DNA of 32,000 nucleotides from Xanthomonas campestris pv. campestris str. ATCC 33913 (GTDB lineage Bacteria; Pseudomonadota; Gammaproteobacteria; Xanthomonadales; Xanthomonadaceae): NCBI RefSeq assembly GCF_000007145.1, contig NC_003902.1, positions 4,286,497 to 4,318,496 of the forward strand, read 5' to 3'. Shown piece by piece: positions 27,897 to 32,000 of this stretch (position 1 is its first letter; each line of letters starts with the position of its first letter). The notes under the pieces were generated by a model. It saw only the letters and a program-made list of their open reading frames with translations, ran no database searches and was not told where the DNA came from. The position numbers and the translations under genes were made by a program.

Positions 27897-27988
27897 CGCA
27901 ATGTAGGGGTATTGGCGCCCTAGCGTACGCGCCGGCACACGTTCGCCGCACGCACACACGTCCCCACGTGTGCGCGCAGGCGACGGCG

Positions 27989-28408
27989 TCAGGCGTTGGC
28001 GAAGTGCGACACGATCGGCGCATCGCCGTTGGCGTGTTCTTCGATCACCTTGCGTTGCATGGTGGACAGGTACGCGTCCAGTTCTTCGGTGGAGGCGAAC
28101 ACATCGCTCAACGGCACCGCCTTGACCATGTCGAAGACCTTGCGGATCTGCGGCTGCGGGTGCGCCACCAGCACCTTGCCGTGCCGCGTGGCCAGGGCCT
28201 TGCGTGCCTTGAAGATGCTGCGGATGCCGGCGCTGGAGATGTACTCCAGGTCGGCCAGGTCCAGCACCAGGGTGGTGATGGGGGTGGCCAGCAGCGGCGA
28301 CAGCGCTTCGTCCAGGTCGTGGAAGGTATGGGTGTCCAGGCGCCCGCTGAGGGTGACGCGTTGGCGGGTGTCTTGCGGCGGGTCGATCTGAATGGCGAGC
28401 GTGGTCAT
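27989..28408 (-). CDS. STAS-domain anti-sigma-factor antagonist (RsbV/SpoIIAA-like)
   Basis: 139 codons from MTTLAIQID. LVLDLADLEYISSAGIRSIFKARK carries the conserved phosphorylatable Ser context. ATGA overlap with the upstream kinase gene. Confidence 0.85.
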   Translation of the reverse strand: MTTLAIQIDPPQDTRQRVTLSGRLDTHTFHDLDEALSPLLATPITTLVLDLADLEYISSAGIRSIFKARKALATRHGKVLVAHPQPQIRKVFDMVKAVPLSDVFASTEELDAYLSTMQRKVIEEHANGDAPIVSHFANA

Positions 28409-28836
28409 GGCAATGCCTCGGGGACGGGGGCGTACGGCTGTAACAGGGTGATGCGCACCACGTTGTATGCGCCATCGCGGTGGTAGTGGATGTGATCGGC
28501 GAACTGATGCACCAGATACAGGCCCAGACCGCCGATGGGGCGGGCCTCCAGGTCGGCCTCCAATTCCGGCGTGCCGGCCTGGCAGGGGTCGAATGCGCTG
28601 CCGGGGTCGCGCAATTCCAGCACCAGCGCCTGCGCGTCCAGCTGCAGATACAGCTGCAGCGGCTGCTCGGCGCACTGGCCATGGGTGAGCGCGTTGCAAC
28701 CGAGCTCCTCCACAATCAGCCGCACCTGGCCGATGCGCTCGGCGTGCAGGCCTTCACGGGCCAGCGAGTCTTCCAGTACGTCGTTGGCGCCGGCCAGCTG
28801 CGCCAGCGACGGGGCGATGGCCAGATCGAGCTTCAT
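28405..28836 (-). CDS. RsbW/SpoIIAB-like anti-sigma serine kinase (HATPase_c_2)
   Basis: 143 aa. N-box EELGCNALTHG. G-boxes DPGSAFDP and IGGLGLYLVHQFAD. The start immediately follows the stop of the phosphatase gene (TAAATG). Confidence 0.8.
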   Translation of the reverse strand: MKLDLAIAPSLAQLAGANDVLEDSLAREGLHAERIGQVRLIVEELGCNALTHGQCAEQPLQLYLQLDAQALVLELRDPGSAFDPCQAGTPELEADLEARPIGGLGLYLVHQFADHIHYHRDGAYNVVRITLLQPYAPVPEALP

Positions 28837-30918
28837 TTAGGTCCCGGCCTCCCCGGGATCCTCCCGGCCAGCGGTGTCGACCGTGCCAGCATGCTCCTGG
28901 CGCAGCCGGATCGCCAGCAGGGTGATGTCGTCGTATTGGTCGGCCTGGCCGGTGAAGCGGGCAATGTCCGCGATCAGCGCCTTGCATTGCGCCGCCGCGC
29001 TGCGCCGCGGGTGCATGGCCGCCAGCAGCCGCGGCAGGCCGTAACTGGCGCCGTGTTCGTCCATCGCCTCGATCACGCCGTCGGTGTAGCCCAGCAAGGT
29101 CTGCCCGGCCGTCATGCGCCCCTGCAGCACCGGGTAATGGTCCTGCACCTCGATGCCGAGTGGCGCGCCGGTTTCCAGCGGCAGCGGCCGCGCCTGGCCG
29201 TCCAGGTCGATCAACAGCGGCGGCTCGTGCCCGGCACTGGCCAGCCAGTAGTCACCGCTCACCACGTTGATCAACCCGCACAGCACGGTGGCGAACATGC
29301 AGGTTTCGTTGTTCTCGGCCAGCCGTGTGGAGGCGGCGATCAAGATCCCGTCCGGGCGCGTGTGGCGGCGCGCGGCAATCTCCAGCACGCTCACCGCGCG
29401 CGCCATGAACAAGGCCGCCGGCACGCCCTTGTCGGAGACATCGCCCACCACGAACCACAGCAGCCCCGGTTCGGTCTCCACGAAGTGGTAGAAGTCCCCG
29501 CCCACCATCTTGGCCGGCTCCAGCCATGCGCAGGTTTCCAGGTGCGAACTGGCGCGGTCGAAGGTGCGCCCGGAGGGCAGCATCGCTTGCTGGATTTCGC
29601 GCGCAATCTGCAGCTCGCTCTGCATGCGTTCGCGCGCGGCGGTCATCTCGCCAATCTCGGCGATATGGTCGCGGATCGCGCCGCGCGCGCTATCGAACGC
29701 ACGCGCCATCACGCCCACTTCGTCGTCGCGTTCGATATGCCGCAGCGGGTACTCGAATTCGCCGCGACGGAAATGCTCGGCGGTATCGGTCAGTTCCTCG
29801 ATCGGCCGCGTTAGCTTGCGGGTGATGCGCTGCATCAGCCACCACCACACCAACGCACCCACCAAGGCCGCCAGGGCCACCCAGGCCGCCAGCCAGTTCA
29901 GGCCGGACAACACATAGCCTTCGGAGGCCGAGAGCACAAACGTCCACCCGCTATGCCCCACCGCTGCGCTATGGGTAAGGAAGCGCTCGCCATCGGGCGC
30001 GGTATGCGAAAACGAAATCGGCTGGCCGGCGGCCACGGCCTTGAGCAACGGCGCCAGATCCGGCCGCGAACGGGCTACGTAGGATGCCAGCGAGCGGCGC
30101 AGGTTGAGCGCCGGGTCCGGGCTGAACACCAGCATGCCTTCCGGCGACAACAGCATCGGCTGGATGCCGATATCGCGCGGTAGCTGGTCGATGATCTCGC
30201 GCAGATGCCGCAGCGGCAGATCCACACTCACCATGCCCACTGGCGCGGCATCGGGCGCATCGCCGGGCCGGCGCAACGGCAGGTTGTAGCTGGTGTACAA
30301 CTCGCCGCCACCGGCGCTGTTGACGGACGGCTCGGACCACCACGCATGCCCCTCACGCTGGGTGCGCAGGTACCACGGCATGCGTCGGTAGTCGTAGCCC
30401 AGCTCTTGCGCGGAATGCTCGACCATGCGCGTGCCATCGCGGCGCACGTACCAGACAAATCCGGTGTCGTTGGCCTTCTGCGTGCCGGGCGCAATGATCA
30501 GGCGCGCCGCACCGGTATCCGGGTCGCCGCTGAGCGTGGCCAGCAACAACGCCCGCAGGTTGAACGGCTGCAGCCCCACCGCGCTGCTGCTCGCCGCCAG
30601 CGTGCGCCCGCTCACCTGCACCGAATCCAGCATCGCCGCCAGGCTGCGCGCGGTCTGCTCGGTCAGCCCGTCCACCTCGTTGCGTGCGGCATCCACCAGC
30701 TCTGCGCGGGCGCCCAGATAAAACAGCGTGCCCAGCACCGCCAGCAACACCACCAGCACGCCGGTGGCCGCCAGCAGCACACGCATGCGCAGGCTGCGCT
30801 GCCAGCGCACGCGCGGGGTGATGACCGCAGCCCGATCAACAGGTGGAATGGGGCCGGTGGTGATGGCATGCGCTCCCTGGCAGATGCCCAGGATCATCGC
30901 AGCTTTGCGGCCCCCCAC
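28837..30918 (-). CDS. Membrane sensor PP2C phosphatase (Cache-like periplasmic domain, HAMP, SpoIIE/RsbU-type phosphatase)
   Basis: TM1 VLLAATGVLVVLLAVLGTLFYLG. About 270-aa extracytoplasmic region. TM2 LNWLAAWVALAALVGALVWWWLM. HAMP (RPIEELTDTAEHFRRGEFEYPL...). PP2C core (IAREIQQAMLP, GGDFYHF, WFVVGDVSDKGVPAALFMA, LLGYTDGVIEA, YDDITLLAI). The maximal ORF starts with GTG at 30918. Alternative ATG starts are at 30897 and 30786. Confidence 0.85.
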   Translation of the reverse strand: MGGRKAAMILGICQGAHAITTGPIPPVDRAAVITPRVRWQRSLRMRVLLAATGVLVVLLAVLGTLFYLGARAELVDAARNEVDGLTEQTARSLAAMLDSVQVSGRTLAASSSAVGLQPFNLRALLLATLSGDPDTGAARLIIAPGTQKANDTGFVWYVRRDGTRMVEHSAQELGYDYRRMPWYLRTQREGHAWWSEPSVNSAGGGELYTSYNLPLRRPGDAPDAAPVGMVSVDLPLRHLREIIDQLPRDIGIQPMLLSPEGMLVFSPDPALNLRRSLASYVARSRPDLAPLLKAVAAGQPISFSHTAPDGERFLTHSAAVGHSGWTFVLSASEGYVLSGLNWLAAWVALAALVGALVWWWLMQRITRKLTRPIEELTDTAEHFRRGEFEYPLRHIERDDEVGVMARAFDSARGAIRDHIAEIGEMTAARERMQSELQIAREIQQAMLPSGRTFDRASSHLETCAWLEPAKMVGGDFYHFVETEPGLLWFVVGDVSDKGVPAALFMARAVSVLEIAARRHTRPDGILIAASTRLAENNETCMFATVLCGLINVVSGDYWLASAGHEPPLLIDLDGQARPLPLETGAPLGIEVQDHYPVLQGRMTAGQTLLGYTDGVIEAMDEHGASYGLPRLLAAMHPRRSAAAQCKALIADIARFTGQADQYDDITLLAIRLRQEHAGTVDTAGREDPGEAGT

Positions 30919-31157
30919 AATGGCCTCACGTCGGGCGCAGGCTTAGAGCAGCTATCAAAACGACTGCGCAGCCGCCAGGCGGGCGCGGCCGGTGCTCGGA
31001 ATCGGCATGTACCCACGTACACTCCGGTTCCTCCGCGCCGCCCGCACCCACCTGACGGCTGCTCGCTACGTTTTGTTAGCCGCTCTTAGCTGCCGTAAAT
31101 TGACCTCGCGGGCTCAAGCGGACTAGATTGGCCCCCCTACCGCCATGGAGGCCGGCC

Positions 31158-31826
31158 TTGCGCCAGATTCTTACCCCGAGCCTGCTGGCCCTTTTGCTTT
31201 CGGCCTGTAGCGCCCCGGAGACCAGCATGACCCAGACCCAATCCCCCGCCACCGAGGCCGCCGCAGAAGCTGACGTCGAAGCGGGCGGCCGCGGCCTTGC
31301 CAAGTTGAATCCCAACCCGCGCAAGGCCGTCGAAGTCACGCTTACCCTGAAAAATGCCCCAGGCGCCTTCGGCCTTGTCCAGGGTGCGGCGCAATACGAC
31401 GTCAGCAACGAAGACGCGTGCGGAAAGATCCAGCCGGAAACCGGGACCGCCGGGCGCATCACCAGCCAGGAAGATTTCGCGCTGAAGAAGGTGTCCGACA
31501 CCGAATACCGCGGCACGGTGTACCTGGACCTGATGCAAGACGAAGACTATTACGGTCGTGGCGTCTGCCATTGGGAATTCAGTGGCGCCAGCGTGATGCT
31601 CAAGGCGACTGGTGCGGAAGAAGAGACGCGGTTCCTTTCGTTTATCGAAGCCAAGACGGTGATGGCGCAGCAGGCGTCGACGGAGTATTACTGGAGCGAG
31701 CGCTATCCGCGTTCTGAGATGAGTAACTTTCCGGACATGGGCAAGCCTAACGCTGAAGAATTCAAGCCGGAAATTCGCGACAAGCTCTTTACTATCACGT
31801 TGGCCGCCAAGGAAGTTGCGCCATGA
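31158..31826 (+). CDS. Lipoprotein of unknown function (candidate immunity protein)
   Basis: The TTG at 31158 is preceded by GGAGG 6 nt upstream and gives MRQILTPSLLALLLSAC (lipobox LLSAC). The track ORF starts at an upstream TTG (31128). GC is lower than the flanks (about 55-62%). The stop overlaps the next ATG (ATGA at 31823-31826). Confidence 0.65.
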   Translation: MRQILTPSLLALLLSACSAPETSMTQTQSPATEAAAEADVEAGGRGLAKLNPNPRKAVEVTLTLKNAPGAFGLVQGAAQYDVSNEDACGKIQPETGTAGRITSQEDFALKKVSDTEYRGTVYLDLMQDEDYYGRGVCHWEFSGASVMLKATGAEEETRFLSFIEAKTVMAQQASTEYYWSERYPRSEMSNFPDMGKPNAEEFKPEIRDKLFTITLAAKEVAP

Positions 31827-32000
31827 CCATCCCGTCTCCGCAATATGCCGGCCTTTCCGATGACGTCTACAAGGACCGTGCAGTAGGTCGGCGCGCACCT
31901 GGGCAAGAAGAGATCGTCACGATCGAAGGACAGCGCTACGCTGTTCTCGAGCATGTCAATAACAAGGCGAATGGCTACCAGGGCACGATCTATCGCCGCG
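31823..32000 (+). CDS. Partial (5' end only) lipase-like / alpha-beta hydrolase candidate toxin
   Basis: My own translation is MTIPSPQYAGLSDDVYKDRAVGRRAPGQEEIVTIEGQRYAVLEHVNNKANGYQGTIYRR, open to the window end. The Y-x-x-LS-x-x-VY ... G(Y/F)QGxIY pattern resembles N-termini of class-3 lipase / DUF2974-type proteins. No signal peptide. Confidence 0.45.
   Translation, partial: MTIPSPQYAGLSDDVYKDRAVGRRAPGQEEIVTIEGQRYAVLEHVNNKANGYQGTIYRR

Noticed and set aside
28480-29814. 444-aa plus-strand ORF
   Set aside because: It is antisense to the RsbW-like and PP2C genes, which both have clear catalytic motifs.

Overview
High-GC (about 65-68% by eye) gammaproteobacterial chromosome segment. Gene content and the GTAGGAGCG-type REP elements suggest Xanthomonas, but this is an inference with no database check. 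Most of the window is ordinary core and accessory metabolism. Left to right: (1) a four-gene siderophore uptake cluster (TonB-dependent transducer, PepSY/PiuB-like protein, two small membrane proteins joined by ATGA overlaps); (2) glnE; (3) a roughly 2.3 kb low-GC (about 53%) island carrying one 513-aa gene that looks like a type III secreted effector; (4) yhhQ-like preQ0/preQ1 transporter, an ELM1/DUF2145/secreted-protein operon, a nitroreductase/RutE-like gene and a YceI lipoprotein; (5) a siderophore-interacting reductase plus PadR regulator; (6) a complete malonate decarboxylase cluster mdcA-C-D-E-G-B-H with a MatC-type carrier and a GntR regulator; (7) a 1.2 kb non-coding region full of repeats; (8) a HAD phosphatase downstream of an RsbU/RsbW/RsbV-type partner-switching module; (9) a lipoprotein gene translationally coupled to a truncated lipase-like gene at the window edge. 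The observations I rate highest are: the candidate effector island; a 4 x 99 bp REP-pair array inside the mdc operon that stays open as a 142-codon ORF with ATGA junctions at both ends; a decaying tandem array of 3'-end copies of the HAD gene; the orphan partner-switching module; and the lipoprotein/lipase candidate immunity-toxin pair. All family assignments come from motif recognition by eye. No searches were run.
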